Shown: positions 12,701 to 24,950, counted from the stretch's first letter. The stretch: DNA of 64,000 bases from Oopsacas minuta (GCA_024704765.1 JAKMXF010000277.1:248001-312000), one strand, 5' to 3'. Notes: generated by a model not told the origin, from the letters alone. Translations and numbers: made by a program.

Positions 12701-14138
12701 ATGAGAAATATCAGCATAGTTAACCAAATTATATAATACTTGATAATAATGTGATATATACAAGTCCAAAAATGTAAAAATCTCTTATTTCGAGATTAAC
12801 ATAGACGTATAATAGGTTCAAATAGATCACGTATAAGTATTATACAACTTAGGCTCAAATATACTACCGTTCCAACTATATTTGTTTCTCATGCTTTTCA
12901 GACTGATGGCAAATTTTACGCATTTGACTTTTTAAAGTTAGCAACCCTGTAGGCATATTGTTCAGAAATTTCCTGCCAAGCATCTCTAGCGCCCCGAATG
13001 ACGGGATAAACAATCATGCATGAAGTTTCCGATCAATACTGCTTGCCCTTGTGTGACTGTTAAGAGTGGTATTCACTACTCGGGTAACAAAAATTAATGC
13101 GTATTATCCGAGTAGAGATGGCATTGCAAAGAATTGTAACTAACTTTTGGGGATGCAAGAAGTGCGTATTAGTATTTTATATCTCCTTCCTATTAGACAC
13201 CCGTACCTCCGCCAGCTACTTCAACCACCCAACAAGCAATCAGCTCCATATCAGAACTCCTAACACAAGCATCTTTAGACAAAGGTCCTGACTATAGTGA
13301 TGATGATGATGAGGACGACTACTGGGATCCTAAAAACAATCAACCTGTTGCCCAAGCCATTTTACAGGGTAATATGAAGAGCAGAGCAGATACTGACGAT
13401 GAAAATGAGTATTGGGAGCCTAAGAATAATCAACCTGTTTTGGCTGCAATTCAACAATCAAAAAAGGCTCCTCGCGAAAAAATTTCGCTCAGCTCAAACC
13501 GTTCCAATTCCCCACCCCCTTTATTACCCCCTAGGCCTTTAGGTGGTTCACAAACGAATCTTGCATCACAAGCTTCATTAGATTTATGCACTGAGTTCGT
13601 TGATGCGCCTCCAATCCCTTTAAAATCAATGCAAGATCTAGATTTAATGCAAAGCACAGAAATGCTATCTCCCCCTCCCTCAAGTTCACTCCTAGTGCCT
13701 ATACCAGTTGTCACGAATGAAGATGATTACGATGTTATTGTAAATGTTGAGAAGGAAATTTCACCGATAACTTCTCCTCCTGAAATTTACAAATCTCCCC
13801 GCAGTGACCCTGTAATACCACCGCCAAGCCACACCACCAATGGTAAACCAGTAACGACAGCTCCCTACCAACCAAAAGGTAAGATTGGAATGGGCGGGTT
13901 AATAGCTAGCATTAAGAAAACAGATTTATTTAAACAGAAATATTCTATACCTACTATATCCCATTCACCTAACATTCCAATCAGCGAAACGGTTGTTACG
14001 ACAGATGAACAGCGTAGACTAAACAAACGTGGTCGAGTTGAGTACGGACCAGTAGGCTATGGTATAAGATTAGGTAAACCCAATGGCCCTCGTACGATTC
14101 CACAAACATGGAACAGTTATGCACGTGAATCTTTGTAA
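9706..14138 (+). CDS. PTPN12: PEST-family non-receptor tyrosine phosphatase (PTPN12/18/22-like); exons 9706-10438, 11186-11527, 11750-12348, 13197-14138, about 871 aa
   Basis: KNRYKDI, DYINA, WPDHGVP, HCSAGCGRTG and MVQTKDQY motifs. GT-AG junctions keep frame (2616 nt). Pro-rich tail ends in the CTH motif GYGIRLGKPNGPRTIPQTW. Confidence 0.9.
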
Positions 14139-15172
14139 GATTTTTGGAATAAAAATAAAGTTTGAATCTTTAAATATACATTAATTATTTGTAAAATATA
14201 TTTAGTGGTTGTGTAAAAATTGTGTTATCATTGGTCTTGTGTTCAGTATGTTGAGTTGCTATATACTAATTTTGTATCTGTATATGATATTAATGGGAAG
14301 ATCATGTATATTATTATTACTTGTAAATTGCTGGCGTTTGTTTAATAATGTGCGTACCTGTATGATTACAAAGAGCCTCTTGCGATTGAGCAACTAATCA
14401 ATAAACGCTGATAGAAGTTTCAAAGTTTTATGTCGGATAAATATCTTACAACCAATTGGCGAGGTATATAGCTGGATATGAAGTAAACTAGGAAATTAAC
14501 CTTGGTCTACAATATGGGTTACCAATTACTGCCGGGAAATTTGGCATTTTTATGACGTCGAAAGGCGCTAAAATCTCGTTTTTGGAATGGGGGAATTGGT
14601 AAATTTAGTGTTCCTCTTTGTTACGAACATAACACTTCTGCAGTAATCAGCTAATTGTTATTATTTGTATTCTTTTCAATACAACTCTAATGTTTCAAGA
14701 GAAAATCTCTAATCACCGTCTGTGCCAACTTAAATTTTACCAAATTTATTTTAGTTGATTATTGAAAGTATATTATTCTGCTAAATATTTATTTTAGCAA
14801 AGAAAGAAAATTGAATTTTACTAATCTTGTTAGACATTTTAAATGTCAAAATAGAGTTCTACATCCTTGTTTACCCCTATTTAACATGTGGGGCTAATCA
14901 ATATGATAATTGTTCACTAAAAGGTGTGAAAATATGATTAATCATATGATAAATCTGTGTAAATATATTTAATAGAATGTATTGACCCAATAGAATTGCA
15001 GTCTACATCAATACAAATACACCAAACCTAATTTTCTGCAGTTCTGTATAATATAAAATCTGGACTTGTCCGATATTTCTGGCTGCTGCATCTCTTGTCC
15101 AATGAAATGGTGTGAAATTCTATTTTATCATTCAGTGTCTATTATGACGTCATGATTCACATTTATTTTCTG

Positions 15173-15322
15173 CAAGGTTGCAACCGAAAAGTTCAATATT
15201 CGGTATTCGGTTGGTCCAAACCGAATATATCAGTATTCGGTTGAACCAACCGAATAATATCAGTATTCGGTTAAGCAACTATTCATGACTACTGATATTC
15301 GGTTCGATCGGTTTCAACCTTG
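15173..15322. mobile_element. hAT-like MITE 45 bp upstream of the ART gene
   Basis: TIR CAAGGTTGCAACCGA / TCGGTTTCAACCTTG, internal TATTCGGTT repeats, degenerate 8-bp TSD ATTTTCTG/ATTTCCAG. Confidence 0.65.
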
Positions 15323-15367
15323 ATTTCCAGGTGGGTTTAGCTACTGAATACCTATCCTCCAATCAAG

Positions 15368-16500
15368 ATGGCAACCAATATATTCGTAAATAATGAAGGT
15401 CAAATTAATGCAATGCTAAAATCAGCAAAAAAAGGTAATTGGGATGTAGTTTTTGATATCCTTGAAAACAAGCCTTCTCTTGTTAACTGTATTTCCTCAG
15501 ATAAGGCTTGGGGTGTGCTCCATCAAGCTGCATGGATGAATTTATTCCCTGTTGTAAAACGACTAATTCAAATACCTGGATGTGATCCAGCTATTGAAAC
15601 GAGACGGGATTACGCACGTAAACATGGACCTGGAAAACTCCACGTGAACTATCCACAAATCATGGAATACAGTGTTACCTCCTTGAGGCAGAGAGAAGAT
15701 CAAGTTTGTGCTCTCCAATGTCTATCGCTCCAACATTTGTCCTCATACAAAGTGAACTCGAGTTGACTGGGAAAACACTTTCATTGGCATTATCATGCTT
15801 CAAAAAGGTTCTTTTTAGTCATCTTGAATTTAAGAATGATCATTCATTCACTTTCATAATGAGAACGATTTTTCAAGAATGTCTGACTAATTGGCAAAAG
15901 ATAAAAAACAAAATTTGCATTGCCTTAGAAGGACATAATTCCCAAATGTCGAAACTTTTGAAACATGGTTTTCCTTGTAAATTCGATACTATGGAACTAT
16001 TTTTTAGCCGTGTTATTTACGCATATACTAATGAAAGAGATAGCATATATGATAGCTTGAATGCAACTCTTGCTGCCCAAGCAAATCCACAATACACCCC
16101 CAAAGGTCATGATATTGCCCTTGCAGGGTATGCAATACTATTGAATGCTATTTTAATGAATTGGAAATCATTGAATAAATGTAAAAGATACACTTATCGT
16201 TGTATGGGATTACATCCTTATGATATATCACAATATCAAGTTGGGAGGAAATTCACTTGGCTCAGCTTCATATCCAGTTCAATAGATAAGAATGTAGCAC
16301 AAATATTCACTGACAAAAATCTGATACAAGTGACATTTATTATAGAGAACAAGTCTTGTAATCGTTGGTCACCGAGGTATATTGGAGATCATTCAGCCTT
16401 TCCAGATGAAAATGAATGTTTATATCCTTGTGGAACAAGTTTTGTTGTAACTAGAGTGAATGGATTGAAAATTTATTTGAAACTTTGTAATTATTATTGA
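15368..16500 (+). CDS. Ankyrin-like repeat + ARTC (R-S-ExE) mono-ADP-ribosyltransferase, about 377 aa, split by a 1-nt frameshift at 15634-15637
   Basis: Ankyrin-like LHQAAW..VVKRLI..GCD. Restoring one A gives GKTPRELS and joins the two ORFs. Catalytic motifs YR (16195-16200), SSS (16272-16280) and ENE (16408-16416). No signal peptide. Confidence 0.75.
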
Positions 16501-17049
16501 TTTAGTTTTTATTGGAACTTTTAGTTTGTTACTTGTATATACAATAAGAGTATGTTTTTCGTTGTTTTGGAAATAAAATGTATAAACTAGCTATTTGCTC
16601 GGTGAGGTTTGTAATATTACAGTTAAATTGTGTATTTTATCTATTTGAATGATCACAAACTATTAATTCATATTACGTAATTACGTGTATATATATGTGT
16701 AGAATACTCCATACACAAGATGTATAATATTTAGCGGGATCCATTGTACTAACATTATCCACTTATCATAACACTATTCTCATATCAAAATACTGAAAGC
16801 TGTTTTAATTACAAAAATTATTATCCTAACAACAATGAATATTCACATTATAAAATTCACAAAACTTTTGGTTTAATCTTAGTATTTAACACAGAGTTTT
16901 ACTGTAAATATATTCCAATGAAATATGCATTATTAATTATTTATGTTCTTTAAGATTCAAACTGTAATTCACATTGAACTTTATGATATTACCAGGAAAG
17001 ATACCATCTAGTTAAAACCAGTAGAGTTATGAAACACAGATTGTGGAGG

Positions 17050-17140
17050 GGCGCTTTGTGAGTGAACTAGCAACCTTGAATATTATATTCTCAGGTCTCA
17101 CTGCTCTGACTAGTTTGGATACTAATAATTTGGAATTTAG
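17050..17140 (+). pseudogene. Isolated LRR-A gene fragment (copy at 25524-25614)
   Basis: Matches the LRR-A segment ctttgtgagt..atattctcaggtctcac and carries the same internal deletion as the relic at 24645-24730. Confidence 0.75.
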
Positions 17141-17679
17141 CAATACACCATGTGTTATTTTGTGATAATTATTATATGAGATTAATTTGGGAAGAATTAG
17201 AGGGAACATTACATATAGGTATGTCATTATATGTGGTATCTCTCTACCTTATACAAAATACAGTATAACTCGGATAGTTACAGTCATATATGGATACAAA
17301 AATCTGATCCGTGAGACTCACGTGAGTAGGCTGTGAGAGTGGGCATCTCGGGTATCACTCGATAGTTCTTAATTCTCAGATGAGTTATATGGATCACCAA
17401 TTGTGATCTATGGTCCACTTAAGTAGAAACAGCTCGCCACGCTACAGGATATACATGCATTTCTCGCCTCCTAATTCACAGTAGATACTTTATCTATGAC
17501 TACTGGGCATTTAACAGTAATGTGTATTTCACTGAAGTATCTATGTTTTGTCTGTAATATTGAAGAGATAAATTCACATAAAATTTATGTAAATGATTCT
17601 TCACTCAATTTTTTCTCATATTACATAATACTACCACAATTAGTGTATAAATATCTCTAAAGTATATGAAGTAATACCT

Positions 17680-17687
17680 TATAAATA
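17680..17687 (+). promoter_or_regulatory. TATA box of LRR-A1 (same motif at 24110 and 26154)
   Basis: CCTTATAAATAGGG conserved about 60 bp upstream of the ATG in all three paralogues. Confidence 0.55.
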
Positions 17688-17744
17688 GGGATATCACTAT
17701 AGCTAATATATATTGAATATTTGAATTGAAGCAAGATATTAACA

Positions 17745-19275
17745 ATGAAGAGTAGAGCTAGTAGTATCTTAGCATGTGTTGGATTGTTTGTTGTGTATTT
17801 GATAGTAGTTGAGGCTGTCTGTTGGATAAACTGTCCTACTGAGTCAATTGGTTCATTAGAGCCCCTTCTGTTACCTGAATGATGATGGAGGTTCTATGTA
17901 TTGTGAGATTAGAGTGTATACATCTGGATTAAATGGACTGACTAATAATTGGACTCAAATCAAGCTAGTTATTAATGTAACAAATCGTATCAGGGAAATT
18001 GGGATCGATTCACGCTTGTCAGATTATCAGTTAGAAATAAATGCTTATCGTCAATTCAATAGTATAATAACTTTCACATCAAGTTCTAATAATCATATAG
18101 TATCACCATCGGTACTTACCTCACTTCCTAATCTTGTACACTTTTATATGTGGCGTGGAAACTTCTATCATTTTCCTATATTTTCACTTTTCAACAAACA
18201 ACTAACTCTTCTCGCTCTATATTCTTTCGGGATTCGATCAAATGCCCCAGTAATTAGAAGCCGCTTTGTGAGTCAATTACCCAATCTAGGATATCTCTAT
18301 CTCTATCCTAATAATATGTTGGTGGTAACTGAAAATATATTCTCAGGTCTCACTACTCTTAAATATTTGTACACTGAAAATTTGCAACTAAGATATCCAA
18401 TCAGAACACTATCTCCACTCGTTAGGCTGAAAAGATTGAGTATTCGTTACGCAGGTTTATCTGAAATAGATTTTCTAAAGCAAACTCCCTCGCTATACCA
18501 GTTAACCAGTATTAGTTTCTGGGGTAATAATATTCACTCATTTAACACTGATGTCTTCTCTGATTATACTCAATTAGAGAGTCTAGAATTGAAGACAAAC
18601 TTCATTGCTATTATAAACAGAACAAACGTTAATAAATTGTTCAATCTGGATTTTCTACGTCTTGGTTACAATCAAATATCAACAGTTCCTGAAGACTCAT
18701 TCAGAGATATGCCTCAACTTCGAATAGTTGCTTTATCTGACAATCAAATCACAACTATTTCTAGCAAAGTATTCGAGCATCTGTCTAACATTGAAAGAGT
18801 ATATTTGTCGAACAACCCATTTCATTGTGACTGTAGGTTAGAATGGATGTCAATTGTAAGTCACAAATACGATATAGATTTCGAAGATCCATCCTGCAAT
18901 ACTCCACCAGAACATAAAGGTAAATCAGTATTGTTACCATCTCTCTACACAAACTGTACTAGAGAGCTATCTTATCAGTGTTTCAACAAATCAGTTAAAT
19001 GTCCAAGAGGTTCTTACTGTCAGGATACACTACATAGCTATGAGTGTGTGTGTGAAGGAGAAGGAGTAGTTTTCTCCACCTCACTTAACAGCTGTATTGA
19101 CTATGAGAAACTCATACAAACAACAAAGTCGTTATGTGGAGAATATGTATTGGATAGTAATGGTCATTCGAACTGCACTCCATCAACCAATGTCGTTACT
19201 ACCCATGCGCCAACTTGTCCAGTACAACCTGTAACGGAAGCAGATAAAACTCCTACTAGTCTTCCTCCTATATAA
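17745..19275 (+). CDS. LRR-EGF protein family A, copy 1 (signal peptide, about 10 LRRs, LRRCT, EGF, Pro/Thr stalk); extra C at 17862-17865
   Basis: ATG 17745 (MKSRASSILAC) matches the paralogue at 26219. GAGCCCC here vs GAGCCC there shifts the frame. LxxLxLxxNxI repeats, NPFHCDCRLEW, EGF CPRGSYCQDTLHSYECVC. Confidence 0.85.
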
Positions 19276-20454
19276 CAAGTACTTCTTCCCATTAATCATA
19301 CTTATTGTAATATTTTATTGTTAGTTTTAGAGCTAATCAATTCTGGTGCAAACCATTGAGTATTGATAGACTTGAATTACTATAAGTATGATTCACGATG
19401 TGCTGATTGAGATTGGATGAATAGTTTCCTGCAAGGTATTTCAAGATTATTTGTTCGTTATTTGTGGTGAGTTAAGTATATATTTGTTCATTGTTATTCA
19501 AAATGTTGGTTATTCATCAAAAATATGTGGCATTTCTCTTTTCGTCAAATAATTGCATAAATATACTCAATACAATTTGAATGGAAAATTGACCGTGACA
19601 CATCTAAACCAAAGTCCGCAGAAATGATCCTTAAGAGCATAATAACAGAATGTGTATTCATTGGGCATAACTGCCAACCAAGCAGAGAATGCTAACCTAT
19701 TATGTCATATCCATGTACAGTGCCCTCATTTTCCAACCCCATAATTTTCCTCGCTCGATGAGCTCCTAGTCTTACACCAAAGATCAGTTACACTACATAC
19801 TAACAGCTATTTTGTGCACAGTGTGATTTTGTCTCTCCGAATCAGGTTTGTTATGGAACAGCTCATGCCAATTACAATGAATATGTTTCCTCAATAACGT
19901 ATGGAATCTAGTTTCAACCAAAAGAGTTATGAATCACGGACTGTTCAGGGAATCCTTGTACTGTTGAATATGAACTGCTAATTTACATAACTAAATGTGC
20001 ATGTATATGTATTATTAGACTCATAATTAGTCTCCACCAAAAATCCTTGTACATTTGTACTAACTCCCTGTACGCCTATACAGAACTAACAATGGGCAAA
20101 ATCCCTGTCCGGCTGGCAGGTAAGATTGAGTAGTTAGACTTTCTCTTCCAGGAGTGCTATAGGATGTTTAGAAATGATTGAAGATGGAAATATCTTCAAA
20201 TAACTTTTACGGTCTGATTGAACCATTTGTATTCATTTGATTAGATAAGTATTTGTATAAATATTCAAAAACTTGGCCAAAATCTATAATAATATTTGAA
20301 ATAACGGAAAAAATGTGAGGCAAATTGATTGCATTATAGACTGATTGAATTCTTGTATTATACTGAGTCAGGAGTTCATACATTTAGAACGTCATTGTGC
20401 CTAAAGATTGTTATAAAAGGCTGTAATTTGTATTTCAGTTCAACAGGCCTTACA

Positions 20455-21927
20455 ATGAAATTAATATTAATAGTTCTTGTATTCACTCTTGCAGCAAATG
20501 TATTCGCAGAAATTGAGAATGAACAACTTAAACTAGAGTTAGAAAGCATTAAGCTAGAATTAAATGAATTAAAGGATCAGATGAACACTGTTTCAAGAGA
20601 GACAAGGCAAACATTGAACTGTACTTGTCCGCCAGGTCCAGTAGGGGAGAGAGGAGAGATTGGAGCTCGAGGACCAGATGGAGCACCAGGTCAAACTGAA
20701 AATCCGGGATATCCAGGCGAAACGGTACCAAAAGGCGATCCGAGACCTTCAGACCCACTGGGACCTCCAGGCCCACCGGGACCTCCAGGTCCACCGGGAC
20801 CTTCAGGCACTCCAGGATTTACAGGAGCTCTGGGACCTTCAGGCGCTCCAGGAATAAAAGGAGATCGTGGATTTCAGGGTTCACAAGGTTATCCTGGTTT
20901 TCGTGGGGTACAAGGATACAAGGGAGAAAGGGGGGACGTAGGAGAAATTGGACCGATTGGACTACATGGTCCATTTGGAGTGAAAGGTGAAAGAGGGCCT
21001 CCAGGAATAACAGGAATAACAGGAGATCCGGGACGTTCAGGTGCTCTAGGAATAAAAGGAGATCGTGGAGTGGACGGAGTTGAGGGTCCAATTGGGTTCC
21101 CTGGTGCAAAGGGAGAAGTAGGAGATGATGGAGAATTTGGACTCAAAGGTGAAGTAGGTGACCAAGGCCCACGTGGACCTCCAGGTTTTGCAGGAGACGC
21201 TGGACGACCTGGGATTGATGGATTTGATGGGATTCCAGGTGAAACAGGACCTGCAGGAACAAAGGGATCACAAGGTGATCGTGGTTTTCATGGGGTACAA
21301 GGATACAAAGGAGAAAGGGGGGACGTAGGAGTAATTGGACCGATTGGACCACGTGGTCTATTTGGAATGAAAGGTGAAAGAGGGCCTCCAGGAATAACAG
21401 GAATAACAGGAGATCCGGGACGTTCAGGCGCTCCAGGAAGAACAGGAATAACAGGAGATCCGGGACCTTCAGGCGCTCCAGGAAGAACAGGAATACCAGG
21501 AATAACAGGAGATCCAGGACCTTCAGGCGCTCCAGGAATAAAAGGAGATCGTGGAGTGGACGGAGTTGAGGGTCCAATTGGGTTCACTGGTGCAAAGGGA
21601 GAAGTAGGAGATGATGGAGAATTTGGACCCAAAGGTGAAGTAGGTGACCAAGGCCCACGTGGACCTCCAGGTTTTGCAGGAGACGCCGGACGACCTGGGA
21701 TTGATGGATTTGATGGGATTCCAGGTGAAACAGGACCTGCAGGAACAAAGGGATCACAAGGTGATCGTGGTTTTCATGGGGCACAAGGATTAAAAGGAGG
21801 AAAGGGGGACATAGGAGTAATTGGACCGATTGGACCACATGGTCCATTTGGAGTAAAAGGTGAAATAGGGCCTAGAGGTAGGAAAGGGATCAAAGGAGAG
21901 AAAGGAGATAGTTTTATAAGGTGGTGA
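20455..21927 (+). CDS. Short-chain intronless collagen 1 (signal peptide, coiled coil, RETR, CTC, long Gly-X-Y domain), 490 aa
   Basis: ATG 20455 matches the paralogue at 44549; TATAAAAG at 20412; long Gly-X-Y run; no C-terminal globular domain. Confidence 0.92.
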   Translation: MKLILIVLVFTLAANVFAEIENEQLKLELESIKLELNELKDQMNTVSRETRQTLNCTCPPGPVGERGEIGARGPDGAPGQTENPGYPGETVPKGDPRPSDPLGPPGPPGPPGPPGPSGTPGFTGALGPSGAPGIKGDRGFQGSQGYPGFRGVQGYKGERGDVGEIGPIGLHGPFGVKGERGPPGITGITGDPGRSGALGIKGDRGVDGVEGPIGFPGAKGEVGDDGEFGLKGEVGDQGPRGPPGFAGDAGRPGIDGFDGIPGETGPAGTKGSQGDRGFHGVQGYKGERGDVGVIGPIGPRGLFGMKGERGPPGITGITGDPGRSGAPGRTGITGDPGPSGAPGRTGIPGITGDPGPSGAPGIKGDRGVDGVEGPIGFTGAKGEVGDDGEFGPKGEVGDQGPRGPPGFAGDAGRPGIDGFDGIPGETGPAGTKGSQGDRGFHGAQGLKGGKGDIGVIGPIGPHGPFGVKGEIGPRGRKGIKGEKGDSFIRW

Positions 21928-22024
21928 AATTCCAATTTACTTTTGGTTAAATTCTATTGTATACCTTTTACTTACTTTTTTAGTTCTTATTTTTGGAGAA
22001 AGATGTATGCATGTAAATCAATCA

Positions 22025-22420
22025 TTAATTGGGACAAAATTTCCGCTTAATTGGGACAAAATTTCCGCTTAATTGGGACAAAATTTCCGCTTTATTGGGA
22101 CAAAATTTCCGCTTAATTGGGACAAAATTTCCGCTTAATTGGGACAAAATTTCAGCTTAATTGGGACAAAATTTCCGCTTAATTGGGACAAAATTTCCGC
22201 TTAATTGGGACAAAATTTCCGCTTAATTGGGACAAAATTTCAGCTTTATTGGGACAAAATTTCAGCTTAATTGGGACAAAATTTCCGCTTAATTGGGACA
22301 AAATTTCAGCTTAATTGGGACAAAATTTCAGCTTAATTGGGACAAAATTTCAGCTTAATTGGGACAAAATTTCCGCTTAATCGGGACAAAATTTCAGCTT
22401 TATTGGGACAAAATTTCTGC
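22025..22420 (+). repeat. Minisatellite: 18 x 22 bp (TTAATTGGGACAAAATTTCCGC)
   Basis: Exact 22-bp period with no spacers; variants at only a few positions. Confidence 0.95.
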
Positions 22421-22552
22421 TTATTAAACAGGGAACAACGTAGTTCACGCACAATGCGTATGCAATGCAACCTTAAGTACAATATACATGATTGCCTAAA
22501 CATTGAAATGAATCCAATATTGTTACGAGTAGACCTGTCGCTTAAATTTCAA

Positions 22553-23775
22553 ATGGCCAAACGTAATGACCTAACGCTTCCTGACAAAATTCATATACTT
22601 GAAAAGATCAAGTTGCAGCCACCCCAATCTAGAACTTTGCGTTTTCTCTCTGACCTGTTCTCAATCCCCAAATCCACAATTGGAGACTGCTTAAGCGGAA
22701 GAGAAGCGGTGAACACATCCAGGAAGAGGGAAAGAGATGGGAAAGATCCAGAAATTGATGTAGCACTAAATCAATGGTTCAAAACTGTCCTTCATAAAGG
22801 GTAAGAATTAGTGGATTGGTATTGAAGACCGAAGCAGAGGAATTCGCTAAAAAATTGGGCAGACATGACTTTATTGCGACTGAAGGTTGGTTATCCCGAT
22901 GGAAGGGCCGTTACCAGATCAAATCTAAGCATCTCACGGGGAAAAAGCAAGTGCCGACTTAGAGGGAGCAGAAAAATGGAGATTAACAATACTCCCTGAG
23001 TTTCTTAGAGAATATGACCCCATAACATATATATATATGCTCTGATTAGAGATAATCGTAAAATCTTACTACTAATCGATAACTGTCCTGCACATCCTTA
23101 AATGAAATCACTCAGAAATATTCGACTAGAATTTCTCCCTGTAAATACGACCTCACTCATACAACCTTTGGATCAAGGCATTATCAAAAACCTGAAAACT
23201 TTCTATAGGAAGGAATTGATCCAGATGATCATAAGGTTATTGATGAAAATGTAATCAACTCCTCAGTTACAGCCATCGATATTAGTTCCAAAATTTCGCT
23301 TCTAGATGCTATATACTTCCTTGCTATAAGCTGGCGACTTGTGAAACAGGCTACTATTGCTAACTGTTTCCACAAGTCCGTGTTCGGAACACTTGAAAAT
23401 GTAGAAGAGTCTGAATTGATAGATGAGAAACGAGTCTTAAAAGAGGTGACAAACGGAGATGACTATCTGAACATTGACAAAGATGCTCCATGCTTTGATG
23501 ATTCATGTAACTGAGATGATGATGTTATTGAGGGGATTATAAGTAAACGGGCTTGTGTTCAGGGTGACTCAGAAGATGACGAAGAAGAAGTAATTGTTCA
23601 ACCAGTGGTTTCTCATGCTATAGCCACGGAGTCAATTCAAAACTTGCAACGATATTTTATTGAACAAGGATTTTGTGATGTATCACAAAAAGCATTAGAT
23701 ACCTGTGCTGAAGTAATATTTACAAGACTTCTATCGAGCAAGAAGCAAACCACTATTGAGAAATATTTTTCTTGA
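22553..23775 (+). pseudogene. Tigger/CENP-B-like transposase pseudogene
   Basis: HTH MAKRNDLTLPDKIHILE, CENP-B HTH (GWLSRWK), DDE_1 motifs IDNCPAHP and IQPLDQGII, tail KQTTIEKYFS. Has stops, frameshifts and an internal deletion. Confidence 0.9.
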
Positions 23776-24173
23776 CTTCCCTTAACATTCGTGTGTAGTT
23801 TCAGTCTGGTACACTATATTAGGCAGTAACATTATTTGTTTAATTCTATTTATTAGTGATTATCATCAAAATTGTTTCCAGAAATGCCAAACAATCCGGC
23901 ATCCAAAATTTCAATTTTCTTACTTTAGGTGGGTATGGCTCAATCATACAGTGGATATATTGCTTTATGCAATTATGGGGTCTGTGACTGAAAAATAAAG
24001 AATCCCTGCTATATTATCATTAACATGATTTCTCCGGTTAATCGGGACAAAAGGCCTGGAACAGATGTGTTCCGATTAAGCGGAGTTGATTGGATATGGA
24101 GAAATACCTTATAAATAGGGTATCACTATAGCTAATATACATTGAATATTAAAATTAAAGCAAGATATCAAGA

Positions 24174-24845
24174 ATGAAGAGTATAGCTAGTAGTATCTTA
24201 GCATGTATTGGATTGTTTGTTGTGTATTTGATAGTAGTTGCGGTTGGCTGCTGGATAAACTGTCCTACTGAGTCAATTGGTTCATTAGAGCCTTTCTGTT
24301 ACCTGAATGGAATTCTAGGGACTGTGAGATATATGTGTATAATCAGAGTAAATATACTTACTGAGTATCAGATTTGGAATGAAATCAAAGTCGTTACAAA
24401 TGTAAGAGATCGTATCAATACTATTAATAAATGCTTATCGTCAATTCCATCAAATTCCTCTTTCAGGTCATTCTTCAATAATCATATAGTATCACCATCA
24501 CTACTAACCTCGCTTCCTAATCTTAATAGCCTTCAAATGATCGATGGTAATTTTTATCGTTATCCTATTTTTCAGATTTCAACACACAACAAACGTATCT
24601 CTATTGGGAGATCGTGTTTCTATCAAATGGCACAGTAATTAGAGGCCGCTTTGTGAGTGAAGTAGCAACCTTGAATATTATATTCTCAGGTCTCATTGTT
24701 CTTACTAGTTTGGATACTAATAAATTGCAATTGATACATCACTCAAAATACTATCTCAACCTGCTAGGTTGAAGGCATTAAGTATTCAGAAGGCAGAATT
24801 ATCTGACATAGAATTTTTAAAGAAAACTCCATGGCTGTGCCAGTT
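24174..24845 (+). pseudogene. LRR-EGF family A relic (5-prime part, frameshifted and deleted)
   Basis: MKSIASSILAC start and the same promoter; decays and joins the ART remnant at about 24846. Confidence 0.85.
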
Positions 24846-24950
24846 ATTCATCCTTCCAATATGAAAAAGAATGATTATATCCTTGTGGGATAAGTTTTGT
24901 TGTAACTGGAGTGATTGATTGAAAAATCGTTAGAAACTTTCTAATTAGAA
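24846..24950 (+). pseudogene. Remnant of the ART C-terminus
   Basis: Matches 16391-16500 (gaaaatgaatg..tatccttgtgg..agttttgttgtaact). Confidence 0.75.

Larger units (their letters stand above)
16391..19712 (+). repeat. Segmental duplication copy 1 (about 3.3 kb): ART 3-prime end + spacer + LRR-A gene; copy 2 at 24846-28220
   Basis: Colinear similarity by eye; non-coding 16670-17700 is nearly identical to 25180-26180. Confidence 0.9.
22025..24092 (+). mobile_element. Decayed Tigger/pogo DNA transposon
   Basis: Contains a transposase relic. Right end TTAATCGGGACA..TCCGATTAAGCGGAGTTGATTG; the left TIR is replaced by the minisatellite. Confidence 0.88.

Noticed and set aside
15630-15640. Programmed -1 frameshift in the ART gene
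   Set aside because: GGAAAAC is not in the X XXY YYZ phase and I see no stimulatory structure; sequencing error or mutation is simpler.
17027-17227. Conserved 66-aa minus-strand ORF (copy at 25501-25701)
   Set aside because: Conservation reflects the recent segmental duplication; part is antisense to an LRR fragment.
19720-20000. Possible Cys-rich gene relic (QCDFVSPNQVCYG..TDCSGNPCTVEY)
   Set aside because: Multiple stops and no match to any gene in the window; cannot be supported without a search.
20549-21847. Multiple antisense and alternative-frame ORFs over the collagens (also 42343-42832, 44643-44935)
   Set aside because: Shadow ORFs caused by Gly-X-Y codon periodicity.
22025-22420. 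CRISPR-like array (22-bp repeats)
   Set aside because: Repeats are contiguous with no spacers, there are no cas genes, and the context is eukaryotic; it is a transposon-derived minisatellite.
22337-22552. N-terminal extension of ORF 22337-22804
   Set aside because: Translation of the minisatellite from a TTG start; the transposase starts at ATG 22553.
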